64,000 nt of DNA, taken from positions 17,339 through 81,338 of the forward strand of contig JAPPGE010000045.1 in assembly GCA_028821455.1 (NCBI GenBank), read 5' to 3'. Every line of letters starts with the position of its first letter. Positions within the stretch are counted from its first letter, which is position 1. Under the pieces are notes generated by a model that was given only the letters and a program-made list of their open reading frames with translations, did not search any database and was not told the DNA's origin. This document shows positions 45,042 through 54,449 of the stretch, piece after piece. A program made the translations under genes and the position numbers. The stretch is from a bacterium (GTDB taxonomy: Bacteria; Pseudomonadota; Alphaproteobacteria; SP197).

Positions 45042-47174
45042 TCAACCCAGCGTGACGAGGCGGATCCTGAAGATGATCACGGTTTCCGGGCTGTAGTCCA
45101 TGGCTCGGGTGAAACGCCTTTCTCCGCTCAGGCTCATCTCCAGACATTCGTCCTGGTAGGCGAGGGCGCTGCCGAACAAGATGGATTCGCCCCTGTCCAC
45201 GTCCCCGCGCCAGCTTCCCTTGAGGGTCCAGTTGTCGATCAGTCTGAACTCAGCGCCTGTGCTGATCTGGGCGCGTTCCCTCAAGGGGTAGATGACGGGG
45301 TCGGTTTCCTCGTCGAGCCGCACGTAGCTGACTTCGAGATTCGCGTCGTCAGTGCCGACGTTCACGCCGAGTTCCGAGCGGTAAAGGGACTTGAACTCGT
45401 CAGATATGCGGAACCGGTAGAGCAGGTCGAGGTAAGGGAAAGGATTGATCTGCAGTCGCCCGACATAGTCGGAGAAATGTCCCGAGAGGCCCTGGCTCTC
45501 GTCAAATGTGCTGTCGTCGTGTGCCCGCCAGGCCTGGCCGAGGAAAAATTCGTAGTGCCCGGAATCGCGATCGTACTGACCGAGGCGCAGGCCGTAATTG
45601 ACCCGCAATCCACCCTCGACCCTGTCAAGACCGGGAAATCTGTTGGTTGAGAAGAGGTTGATTTCGTCGAACTCGAAGTCTTGCCCGTCCTCGTTGGGTA
45701 TCTTCCGGGAATTGCCGCCATTGGGACTCCACACAACCATCGCCATCGGTTCGAAGAACTGATGAGAGGTGTTGCTCATCCGGGCGAAGGGGTAGCGCCA
45801 CTCGATGAGTGCCTCGGGAATGAACCGGCTGGCAAATCCGGATTGCTTGCGATCAGCCAAGGGAACATTGGAGGCATGGTAGGCATCGCCGCGCAACGAG
45901 ATGCGTGTGCGGTAGTACTGGCCATCTGCCGTCAGAAAGGGAGCCTGCCAGGCGAATCCGGTGGAGAAACGCCGGCTGTCGGTGCCGTCGCTTCGTGTCA
46001 GGACGAGAAGACTGGATTCGACGCTTGCGGACGATCCGATCTTCGAAGGAGGTGTGAGGTAGCTGTAGGTGAGGAGCGGAGCGACAAGGGGGATCTGGCC
46101 AGGGTCATCGATCGGTCTCAAGCCCTGGTAGAGATAGCCGGAGGCCCCGGCATAGGAGCGATCGTCGAAGTGTTCGACAAATGCATCCGAAACAATCGTG
46201 TCGAGACTGGCGATGTCGAATCGCGACAGGTAGGAATCGTCGGATGCTCGGTGAACGTCGGCGCCGAAATGCATGCTGGAGTCGGCCATCCAAAGGCCAT
46301 TCGCCTTGATATGCCAACGTGTGTCACGTCCTCCCTTGAGGTGGCCGCTGTTGTGACGGGCCCTGGCGCGGACGACGGAGCCCTCCACCATAAGGTCACC
46401 ATTGGCCATGAGCTCCCGGTACTCGGCGGAGAGAATGAGGCCTTCCTCGCGGGTGATGGTGGGGGTCAAAGTGAGGTCGCGCGCCGGGGAAAATTCGATG
46501 TAGTAGGGCACACTCGTGTAGGTGCCCAGTGTGCTGCTCCTTCCGTAGTCCGGCACCAGGAACCCGGTTCGCCGGTCCACGGTCGGATCCGCGTGACGCA
46601 TGAAGGGCGAGTAGGCGACCGGAATTCCGAAGACTTCCAGAGCCACGTCCCGGTAGGTGATATCGCGGGTCTCCTCGTCATGGGTCACGCTCTTTGCCTT
46701 CAATTGCCAGAGCGGGAAATCGTCAGGATTGTCCGGACACAGTTCACAAGGACTGTAGACGGCACGCTCCAGGACCGTGAGCCGGCCATCACTGCGCTCG
46801 GCCCTGGATGCAGCCAGCCTGGCGCCGTTGCTGAGCAGCAGGCGAATTCCTTCAATGACGCCCTCGCGCAGATCGCCGGTCACTTCGATATGGTCCGAAT
46901 GAAGGGTCTGTCCGTCACTGTCGACAACGACGACACCACCGGATGCCGTGACGCGATCACCGGGGCGGTCATAGATCAGGCGATCGGCCTCAAGGACATA
47001 ACCTCTGGTGATCAGGGTGACAGAGCCCTGGGCCGTCGTGATTCCGGTATGACTGTCGTGCGTGATTTCGTCGGCCTGCAGAACGGCCGGGTCGGTCTCG
47101 TGACCGTCCGCTGCCACCTGGCTGTTGAGGAACGCGAGCACGAGGGCGGCCACCAGCACGGCTGACCGGACCAT
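45042..47174 (-). CDS. lptD: LPS-assembly outer-membrane protein LptD
   Basis: 710 aa. Signal peptide, OstA-like N-terminal domain (LQADEITHDSHTGITTAQGSVTL...) and a long beta-barrel-type region rich in alternating aromatic residues. Confidence 0.9.
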   Translation of the reverse strand: MVRSAVLVAALVLAFLNSQVAADGHETDPAVLQADEITHDSHTGITTAQGSVTLITRGYVLEADRLIYDRPGDRVTASGGVVVVDSDGQTLHSDHIEVTGDLREGVIEGIRLLLSNGARLAASRAERSDGRLTVLERAVYSPCELCPDNPDDFPLWQLKAKSVTHDEETRDITYRDVALEVFGIPVAYSPFMRHADPTVDRRTGFLVPDYGRSSTLGTYTSVPYYIEFSPARDLTLTPTITREEGLILSAEYRELMANGDLMVEGSVVRARARHNSGHLKGGRDTRWHIKANGLWMADSSMHFGADVHRASDDSYLSRFDIASLDTIVSDAFVEHFDDRSYAGASGYLYQGLRPIDDPGQIPLVAPLLTYSYLTPPSKIGSSASVESSLLVLTRSDGTDSRRFSTGFAWQAPFLTADGQYYRTRISLRGDAYHASNVPLADRKQSGFASRFIPEALIEWRYPFARMSNTSHQFFEPMAMVVWSPNGGNSRKIPNEDGQDFEFDEINLFSTNRFPGLDRVEGGLRVNYGLRLGQYDRDSGHYEFFLGQAWRAHDDSTFDESQGLSGHFSDYVGRLQINPFPYLDLLYRFRISDEFKSLYRSELGVNVGTDDANLEVSYVRLDEETDPVIYPLRERAQISTGAEFRLIDNWTLKGSWRGDVDRGESILFGSALAYQDECLEMSLSGERRFTRAMDYSPETVIIFRIRLVTLG

Positions 47175-48269
47175 CTATCCGTCTTCCGTATGGAGCAGCA
47201 TGGTGCTTCCGATCGCAGTGAAAATGGCAACAGGCCCCCACACGGCAAGCAGGACCGGAAGATTGCCCGACATGCCGTAGGCGATGAAAATATCCGATAC
47301 GACGTAGACGATAAACCCGAATCCCAGCCCGGCGACGGCGAAGAGACCGACGTTGCCCTGGCGCGTCAGGCGCAGGGAGAACGTTGCCGCGACCAACACC
47401 ATGGACGCCAGAAACAGCGGTATGGCAAGCACAGCATGCCAGTGAATGCGATGCTGCAGCGCAGAAAAACCGGCATTCTCCATGACCGAGATGAATTCAG
47501 GGAGATCCCAGAACGAGATGGTCTCGGGCGATGCGAAGGCAGCCTGCAGGCGATCGAGGGAAAGTTCTGTCGGCACTTCGAGTGTGCTGACGCTCGTGGT
47601 GCTTTGATCGGGGCGGCTGATCAGGACCTCTTCCATGTCCCAGCGATGGTTGCCGAGGGTGGCCCGTTTCGCATCGTAGCGCTCGATGAAGCGGTCGTTC
47701 TCGCCGAACACAAGGATGATGACATCCTCCAGCTCGGTGCCGCTGGCCGACACCTCGTGAGCATGAATCACGGACTGGCGGGTGTCGTCGCCTTCCCTGA
47801 TCCACATGTTGCCGGGCGCGACGGCAAGAACGTTGGCCTGGCTTCTCACATTGCGATTTTCAAGCTGTTCGAAGCGGGAAATCAGGGCCGACGCGAGAGG
47901 GTTGAAGATGGTGATGGTGGCGATGCCGATGACGACCGTGATTGTGAGTGCCGGCAGCAGGAACTGCCACACCGACACGCCGGTGGCTCGCATGACCACC
48001 AGTTCGTGGGTCCTGGTGAGCCAGATATAGGTCAGCATGGTGCCGAACAGGACCGAGAACGGGAGTATCTTCACCATGAAGTAGGGAATGCGCAGCAGCG
48101 CCATCTCCAGCACGAGGGCTAGATCCGCACTCTCCCGGGAGGCAGCCCGACCTCCCAGGTTCACGATGTCAACGAGAAAGGTGACGGCCAGCATGACCAC
48201 GAGAACCAGCGTGACCGACATGAAGAATCGCCGGGCGATGTACTTCGAGAGGACAAAGGACAACCGCAT
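47175..48269 (-). CDS. lptG: LPS export ABC transporter permease LptG
   Basis: Start MRLSFVLSKYIARRFFMSVTLVLVVM. YjgP/YjgQ-family pattern. Stop abuts the lptD start. Confidence 0.9.
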   Translation of the reverse strand: MRLSFVLSKYIARRFFMSVTLVLVVMLAVTFLVDIVNLGGRAASRESADLALVLEMALLRIPYFMVKILPFSVLFGTMLTYIWLTRTHELVVMRATGVSVWQFLLPALTITVVIGIATITIFNPLASALISRFEQLENRNVRSQANVLAVAPGNMWIREGDDTRQSVIHAHEVSASGTELEDVIILVFGENDRFIERYDAKRATLGNHRWDMEEVLISRPDQSTTSVSTLEVPTELSLDRLQAAFASPETISFWDLPEFISVMENAGFSALQHRIHWHAVLAIPLFLASMVLVAATFSLRLTRQGNVGLFAVAGLGFGFIVYVVSDIFIAYGMSGNLPVLLAVWGPVAIFTAIGSTMLLHTEDG

Positions 48270-48273
48270 GGCG

Positions 48274-49407
48274 CTAGACGCCTGACCTGAGCGAGCCGGA
48301 CGTGAAGAACGGCAGGGAGAAACGATGCTGCAGCATCGCCCAGATGGCGAGCCAGAAGGCGATGACAGGAAGCACGTAGAGAGGACCGATGAGGAGCGTG
48401 TTCTTGACCACAAGGCTGGTGAGAGAGAACGAGATCGCGAGATAGAGCAGACCGAGGCCCAGTCCGCTGACGATCCTCGGCCACTGGTGGCGACGGTCGA
48501 ATTCACCGGCGGTCATCGCGGAAAAGCCGATGAGCGCCATGACGAGAGAGGCCAGTGGCAGCACCAGACGCCTGTGGGCCTCCGCCAGGAACTCGCCCCG
48601 GTTGTCTTCGTCGATGGCGGTGAACGGACCGCTGACCAGTTCATGAAGATACCGCTCCTTGGGTTCCCTGTTGCGTGACGGGGGCGCGCCCGAAAGCTGG
48701 CCGAGATCGAGGGCATAGCTGTCGAAGTAGAGCATGCTGAGGGTGCGCTCGTTACCGGTGATCTCCTGGCGCGTGCCGTTTGCCAGCACCAGTTGCAGGC
48801 CTCCGTCCTCCGCGACCAGCGATCCCCACTGTGCCAGCATGGTAATCTTGCGGTCCCGTTCGCGGTTGTCATGGATGATGATGCCGCGGAAACGGCCTTC
48901 CCTGTCCTCCTCCCGGTAATAGACCGTGAACCTTGGAATGAGCTGGTTGAACGTGCCCTTGCGCAAGAGCAGGTGATGAAAGTCGCTTCTGAGGTGCGCC
49001 TGTTCATCCTTGAACTCGCGGAAGCCCGCCGGTGACAGCCACAGGGTCAGCAGCCAGCCCAGTACGGCAGCGAGGACGCCGAGGACGATCACGGACCTGG
49101 CCAGGTCCCAGGGGCCGAGTCCGGCGGAGCGCATGACCACCAGCTCACGATCGATCGTCAGCCGATTGAATGTGTAGATCACGGCACACAGCACGGCGAC
49201 GGGCAACGTCACCGGAAGGATCGACGGCATCAGGAGCAGCGTGATTTCAAGGAAGGCGAGGACCGAGAGGCCGCGGTTGATGATGAAGTCGAGGAACCGC
49301 AGCGACTGGGTAAGCCAGATCACGCTCACCAGCACGGTAGCGATGGTGATCGTCGTCAACACCAGCTGAAGGAGAATGTAGGACGTATGCCTGCGGACAA
49401 TCGGCAT
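48274..49407 (-). CDS. lptF: LPS export ABC transporter permease LptF
   Basis: Start MPIVRRHTSYILLQLVLTTITIATVLVSVIWLTQSLRFLDFI. YjgP/YjgQ family. 4 nt upstream of lptG. Confidence 0.9.
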   Translation of the reverse strand: MPIVRRHTSYILLQLVLTTITIATVLVSVIWLTQSLRFLDFIINRGLSVLAFLEITLLLMPSILPVTLPVAVLCAVIYTFNRLTIDRELVVMRSAGLGPWDLARSVIVLGVLAAVLGWLLTLWLSPAGFREFKDEQAHLRSDFHHLLLRKGTFNQLIPRFTVYYREEDREGRFRGIIIHDNRERDRKITMLAQWGSLVAEDGGLQLVLANGTRQEITGNERTLSMLYFDSYALDLGQLSGAPPSRNREPKERYLHELVSGPFTAIDEDNRGEFLAEAHRRLVLPLASLVMALIGFSAMTAGEFDRRHQWPRIVSGLGLGLLYLAISFSLTSLVVKNTLLIGPLYVLPVIAFWLAIWAMLQHRFSLPFFTSGSLRSGV

Positions 49408-49725
49408 GGAAAGTGCGTTGCTCCCCTCCCCCTGCGATATACAGGGGAAACGGAGCCGAGTCACCTGAACCAGGCCAGCCCTGGCGTGCGGCGGGAGACG
49501 TGCCGCATCGCCCCGGCACACGATCTTCACCGAGGGGACAGCCGCAGCTCAGGACCGTGAACCGCACATCCGGCAGGAAGGCATTGCATCGTGCGGGGCG
49601 CCACCAGCGGTTCCGAAACCCGAGGCTCGGGACGCCACATGCCGGACCGGACTCCGGGTGAGGGGCGTCTCGCCTGGCCCGGTCCTGCCGTGTAGGCTGG
49701 AGCCGGCAGGGAAGGGCATCGTGCC

Positions 49726-50565
49726 ATGCCGCAATTCGACCGCGCCGGCGAGGATGTCGGCAATATCGTCGCCCTGGAACACGTCAATGTCCGGGTGCCG
49801 GACCAGGCGCGCGCGACGGACTTCTACATCACCGCGCTCGGTCTCACGCGCGACCCCTATCTGGTGACCGGAACGGACAACATGTGGGTCAATGTCGGGC
49901 AGAGCCAGTTCCATCTTCCGACAGGCAAACCGCAACTCTTGCGCGGCCGCATCGGCCTCGTCATGCCCGATCTCGACGATCTCGCAACCCGTCTCGCCGC
50001 CGCCGGCATGCCCTGCGAGCGGGAGGGTGGCCACATCGACACGGCCTGCCCGTGGGGCAATCGCATTCGCGTGCACGGGCCGGGAGACGAACGGACTCTT
50101 GCCATGGCCTACCTGGCCTTCGACGTGCCCGAGGGAACGGCGGAAGCCGTGGCGGCATTCTACCGCGAGGTGTGGAAGACGGGCGCCTGGGTGGATCTGG
50201 ACGGGGTGGCCCGCGTCCCGGTCGGGCACGGCCAGGAACTCCTTTTTGTCGAGTCGCCGCGACCGCTGCCCGACTATGACGGCCACCACATCGCGATCTA
50301 CGTGGCCGATTTTTCCGGCCCGCACCGCTGGCTGGAAGAGCGGGAACTCGTCTCCGAGGAAAGCAACCGGTGGCAGTATCGCTTCCTCGATATCGTCGAT
50401 CCCGGTACGGGCGAGCCGGTGTTCCGCATCGAGCACGAGGTTCGCTCCATGACCCACCCGATCTACGGGCGCTCTCTGGTCAACCGCAATCCGCACGTCA
50501 CCAGCAACGCCTTCGCTGCGGGCCACGAAGCCGTCGCCTGGCGAGCCCCGCCAGAGCCATGCTGA
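49726..50565 (+). CDS. VOC (glyoxalase/bleomycin-resistance/dioxygenase) superfamily protein
   Basis: 279 aa. Two beta-alpha-beta-beta-beta-like modules (LEHVNVRVPD..., HHIAIYVADF...). Confidence 0.55.
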   Translation: MPQFDRAGEDVGNIVALEHVNVRVPDQARATDFYITALGLTRDPYLVTGTDNMWVNVGQSQFHLPTGKPQLLRGRIGLVMPDLDDLATRLAAAGMPCEREGGHIDTACPWGNRIRVHGPGDERTLAMAYLAFDVPEGTAEAVAAFYREVWKTGAWVDLDGVARVPVGHGQELLFVESPRPLPDYDGHHIAIYVADFSGPHRWLEERELVSEESNRWQYRFLDIVDPGTGEPVFRIEHEVRSMTHPIYGRSLVNRNPHVTSNAFAAGHEAVAWRAPPEPC

Positions 50566-50668
50566 ACCGTTCACGCGCCCCGATGTCGCTGAAATGTCGG
50601 GTTCCTGTCGTGGTGCCCGGCCCTCAATCGGGTCATGCCGGTTTGCCTGAACGGCGGGAGTGGTACAG

Positions 50669-51166
50669 ATGATCGTCCGCAAGCTGCGTCTCGAGCGGGG
50701 TTTCTCCCAGGAGCAGCTCGCATCGATGGCGGGTGTCAGCGTGCGCACCCTGCAGCGTATCGAGCGTGGCGCGAACCCGAGTGCCGAGACCCTCAAGTGC
50801 CTTGCCGCCGTTCTGGAAACCGACTTTTCCACCCTGCGCAAGGAGCGAGACATGACCACGACAGCCGACATCCCGGATCTCCCCGAAGACGAACGGGACG
50901 CCATTGAATATGTTCGGGATATCCAGGGCTTCTACATCCACGCCGTCCAGTATGTCGTCGTCATCGCCGGCCTCGCGGCGATCAACCTCTTCACCAGCCC
51001 GGGCTACCTCTGGTTTCTCTGGGCCGCGCTCGGCTGGGGCGTCGGCGTCGCCGTCCACGGCCTCAGCGTGTTCGAGATCATCAATCTCTTCGGCGACGAC
51101 TGGGAAAGGCGTCAGGTCGCAAAGCGCCTCGCCAGAACCCGCCAGAACCGCAACACGGACCCGTGA
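50669..51166 (+). CDS. XRE-family HTH fused to a 2TM membrane domain
   Basis: MIVRKLRLERGFSQEQLASMAGVSVRTLQRIERG (HTH_3), then the hydrophobic pair VQYVVVIAGLAAINLF / LWFLWAALGWGVGVAVHGL (2TM-domain pattern). Confidence 0.75.
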   Translation: MIVRKLRLERGFSQEQLASMAGVSVRTLQRIERGANPSAETLKCLAAVLETDFSTLRKERDMTTTADIPDLPEDERDAIEYVRDIQGFYIHAVQYVVVIAGLAAINLFTSPGYLWFLWAALGWGVGVAVHGLSVFEIINLFGDDWERRQVAKRLARTRQNRNTDP

Positions 51167-51652
51167 TCCACATTCCACGGCCCCCGTCGGTTCAGAGGAG
51201 ACAACAGCAACACGCAACCGATTTCCCCTTGTACAACCTCCGTTGCATCCCGACGGAGTTCCAGTGTGAGAGCCACGAGCCGAAGGGTGTCCCGGTCGCG
51301 CTTCTTCAACGCTCGATCTGTCAGGTGATCAAGGCCGCTGTGCAACCGTCGTTCAGCCCGAGCGGCGCTTGAGCGGCCGCACCCGCCGCGCACGTGCGGA
51401 AACAGTCTTCGAACCGCTGCGCGGCTTCCAGGTGGAACTATGGGAAGCACATAGCAACTTCTCAACGGCAGCGGTCGTGGCCACCGGTGACGTCACGAGC
51501 GGGGGTGGTACCCCGGAAAGGCCGGGTCACGGCCTCGCCTTCACCGAGAAAGCGATGAAGGAGGTCTGCATCGCCTGAGGACGGCAGTCCCGTTCTGGAA
51601 TAATGCACAGGCCCTGTGCGATGATGGGAAACCTCAAATCGCAGAGCATGTC

Positions 51653-52924
51653 ATGAACGGTCCACAAGCCATCGGGAGCCGGGTCGAGGCGGATGCGCAA
51701 GCGCCTGCCTATGTGCCGCCGCTCCAGCTGACGCAAGGGCAGCCGCCACCCATCGCCGCGAATGGTGGGCTGTCCTTCATGTTGTACGACCGGGACGGAG
51801 ACGCGGGAACCGCGGCGGCGCTGGAGGCGGCGTTCCAGGAGATTGCCGACGGTCACAGCCGGTCGCTCATCGACAGGCTCGACAGTGCGCCCCCCGGTCC
51901 GATCGAAACCAAGTGGGGGCTCGGATTCCGTGGATATGACGAGTGCATGGAGCACATCCGCGCCATCGGCATGGAAGCTCCGGAAGGAGGCGTAGTGCTC
52001 CCGCTGCGGTACACGGTCTATGAGCATCCTTCGTACTCCGTCGTGACGTCCAATGCGCTTTGGCGTGACCCGGCGCGCGAGGCCGAGGCGGAACTGCTGC
52101 GCCGGTCCGAAGACGAGGCAGGGCAGCGCAGCCTCTACTTCCCGCAAGTGCTGCGCGACGCGCGCCGGATCGGCGAATACTATCCCGGCCTCTCTCCCGG
52201 CAGCCCCGAATGCATGGACAGGCTTGGCGTCTCGCTGGCGCACCTCGAGTCCAAATGCACAAACTTCTACGATTCGGTGGAAGTCGAGCGTATCTTCTAC
52301 CCGGAGATCGAGAAGCTGCTGCTCGAGTTCTTCCCGGACGCCACCGACGCGCTGGTCTACAACCACGACGTTTTCAACAAGGACTATCAGGGCGACCGCA
52401 CGGAAGACCAGGACGCCAAGAATCCCGGCGTGAACACTGGCTATGCCAACCTCGTCCACAACGATCTGAACGACAATAGCGGGCGCGTGCGCTGTCGCGA
52501 GCTGTTGACGAAGAATCTCCGGAATTTCGGGCGTACGCAGAACTACACGGAGGCGGAGGCCGACGCGAAAATGTCGCGGCGGTTCATGTCCATCAACCTC
52601 GCCAAGCCGATGGAGACGGTTGAGCAGTTCCCCTTCGTGCTCTGCGCCTGGCCGTCCTTCGCCGACCAGCCCTACATCAACAACTACCGCATCTATGACG
52701 ACCGGGTCGGGGAGACGACCCGCTTCACCTACCGGCCTGACCACGAGTGGTACTGGTTCCCGCAGCAGAAGCCGAATGAAGTTTCGATGCTGAAGTGCTA
52801 CGACTCCGTAACGGACGGCTCGGTATCACGCTGGTCTTTCCACACGGGCTGCGTCGACCCGACCGCGCCGGCCGACGCGTGCTGCCGCAAGAACATCGTC
52901 GTCCGCTCCTACGTCTTCTTCTAG
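51653..52924 (+). CDS. Hypothetical two-part protein. The C-terminal half is CmcJ/NvfI(AsaB)-like (2OG/Fe oxygenase-superfamily-like) and the N-terminal half is unassigned.
   Basis: 423 aa with normal composition, while the opposite-strand ORF 51527..52744 is an R/G/H-rich shadow. ANLVHNDLNDNSGRVRCRELL...RRFMSINLAKPMETVEQFPFVLCAWPS resembles the CmcJ-family core. Confidence 0.5.
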   Translation: MNGPQAIGSRVEADAQAPAYVPPLQLTQGQPPPIAANGGLSFMLYDRDGDAGTAAALEAAFQEIADGHSRSLIDRLDSAPPGPIETKWGLGFRGYDECMEHIRAIGMEAPEGGVVLPLRYTVYEHPSYSVVTSNALWRDPAREAEAELLRRSEDEAGQRSLYFPQVLRDARRIGEYYPGLSPGSPECMDRLGVSLAHLESKCTNFYDSVEVERIFYPEIEKLLLEFFPDATDALVYNHDVFNKDYQGDRTEDQDAKNPGVNTGYANLVHNDLNDNSGRVRCRELLTKNLRNFGRTQNYTEAEADAKMSRRFMSINLAKPMETVEQFPFVLCAWPSFADQPYINNYRIYDDRVGETTRFTYRPDHEWYWFPQQKPNEVSMLKCYDSVTDGSVSRWSFHTGCVDPTAPADACCRKNIVVRSYVFF

Positions 52925-53101
52925 GAGCGGGAGCCGGAAGGTGAGAACCTCGCCTCCGGCCTTTGGCGGGACAGGAGTTGCGATGCGAAGCAGGCACACG
53001 GCGTAGCGGCTTCAGAACCTCACAGATGGCGGCACGAGGTAACGAGGCAATGCGGAAGCGACCGCGTTAACTCCGTCGCAAGCGGTCGAGTCAACACAGT
53101 G

Positions 53102-53133
53102 AAAAAGGGGCGGCGATTGGCGGGAGCGCCCCT
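53102..53133 (-). terminator. Rho-independent terminator downstream of the NnrU-family gene
   Basis: On the minus strand, AGGGGCG-(14 nt)-CGCCCCT is followed by TTTTT, about 40 nt after the stop at 53171. Confidence 0.6.
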
Positions 53134-53170
53134 CACGCGCTTCACGAAACGTCTCCGATCCCGGGTGACG

Positions 53171-53734
53171 TTACAGCACCGGCACGCCGAAGAGCGTATC
53201 GTGAAAGAACGCCAGGATTGCGGCAACAGCCAAACCTCCAACAATGGCGGCAACGTCCATGGTGATGCGGGGCCGCGGCTCCTTTGGCGGGCCTTTGCCG
53301 CGCGCCACCGCGCTGACAATCTCAACCGCCGCGAATAATGCGAACCCCCCGAACAGCACGACGGAGCGTACGTCCCCGTTGGCGAGAAGGTGGGCGAAGG
53401 CCCACAGAAACAGCCCGAGCAGCATCGGATGCTGGACCACGGCGCGTATGCGGGTGGGCATGTTGGCTGCAGCAAACAGAACCAGCGCGATCGGCACCAG
53501 GATCATCGAGATCTGATGTCCCCACGCCGGAGGCGTGTAGACCTCTTCGAAGGGAGCGCTTGAGAAGCCCCACACAACGGCTGCCAGAGAGAGCAGCACG
53601 ACCGCGCTGAAGACGCCGCGATAGGGTTTCGCTCCCAACCGTTCCACCAAGGCATGGCGCAAACGCGGAATTTTCGGAATCTGGTGGATGGCGATGAACA
53701 GCACGAGGCCGGCGACCAGCAGTGGCATGAGCAT
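53171..53734 (-). CDS. NnrU-family membrane protein
   Basis: 187 aa, 5-6 TM. The pattern GLFLWAFAHLLANGD is typical of NnrU. Confidence 0.75.
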   Translation of the reverse strand: MLMPLLVAGLVLFIAIHQIPKIPRLRHALVERLGAKPYRGVFSAVVLLSLAAVVWGFSSAPFEEVYTPPAWGHQISMILVPIALVLFAAANMPTRIRAVVQHPMLLGLFLWAFAHLLANGDVRSVVLFGGFALFAAVEIVSAVARGKGPPKEPRPRITMDVAAIVGGLAVAAILAFFHDTLFGVPVL

Positions 53735-53877
53735 ACTCCAGGCTCACTTGTCGACCACGGATATCAGAGCGAAGGAATCCAGAAAAGGGGGCGTGTTGGC
53801 GTTGGATCAGTTGAACCTCGCCAATGCCATTGCGCCTGCGACAGTTCTGCGGGCCTGCTCCGCCACCACGATGCGAC

Positions 53878-54195
53878 CTACCGAATCGCCTTGACTTTCA
53901 GGTGGAGGCCTTCGCGTTCCAGAATGCGGCCAATGGCCTCGAACAGGTTCCGCGCCTGTGGATTTCCGGCAGGGCCGAACATGCGCATCAAGCTCTTGGG
54001 CGACTTCTCAGTCAGACTGCCCAGTTCCTGAAACCCGATTGTGGCGTTGATGTAGTCTCGCAGAACTGGCTTGCCGATTTCCAGATCTCCCGACAGCAGA
54101 CACTCGATCCCCTCCTCGAGCAACTCTTCCCGGAAAGCCGGATCTCGGTCGATGCGCGCCTTGATCGTTTCCTTGAAATCGCGTGTCAGGGACAT
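53878..54195 (-). CDS. HTH antitoxin (addiction-module antidote, COG3636-like)
   Basis: Start MSLTRDFKETIKARIDRDPAFREELLEEG...ELGSLTEKSPKSLMRMFGPAGNPQARNLFEAIGRIL..GLHLKV. 105 aa. Confidence 0.65.
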   Translation of the reverse strand: MSLTRDFKETIKARIDRDPAFREELLEEGIECLLSGDLEIGKPVLRDYINATIGFQELGSLTEKSPKSLMRMFGPAGNPQARNLFEAIGRILEREGLHLKVKAIR

Positions 54196-54420
54196 GTATC
54201 TCGGCCTTCCCGTTGCTTGTGCCGCTTGCAGTCCTTCCAATGGCTTCGTGCGGTCTCAATGTACTGCCGCTGGCGCCCCCGCCCAATAAGATGACCATTG
54301 TCGAGCAGTAAGGTCTCACACGCACCGACGCACATTGAGGCGATCTTCCGCAGGCCTTCTCGAGCGTGGTATAGGGTTGATACGATTGCAAAGTACCTGA
54401 TTGAACGACAAGTCGCTGTC
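54186..54420 (-). pseudogene. Decayed RelE/ParE-superfamily (Gp49/killer-protein-like) toxin remnant upstream of the antitoxin
   Basis: Minus-strand translation is split over two frames: ..GLRKIAS.. / ..VRVRPYCSTMVILLGGG.. / ..RQRQYIETARSHWKDCKRHKQ*. Together these mimic the C-terminal ELRI..YRVYF..ILLxGGxKxxQxxDIxxA pattern. One switch sits at a G5 run (about 54276-54280). The terminal TGA lies 8 nt inside the antitoxin gene, the usual toxin-antitoxin coupling. Confidence 0.4.
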
Positions 54421-54449
54421 AGGTTTGCCTGGATGACCGGAGGATCCTT

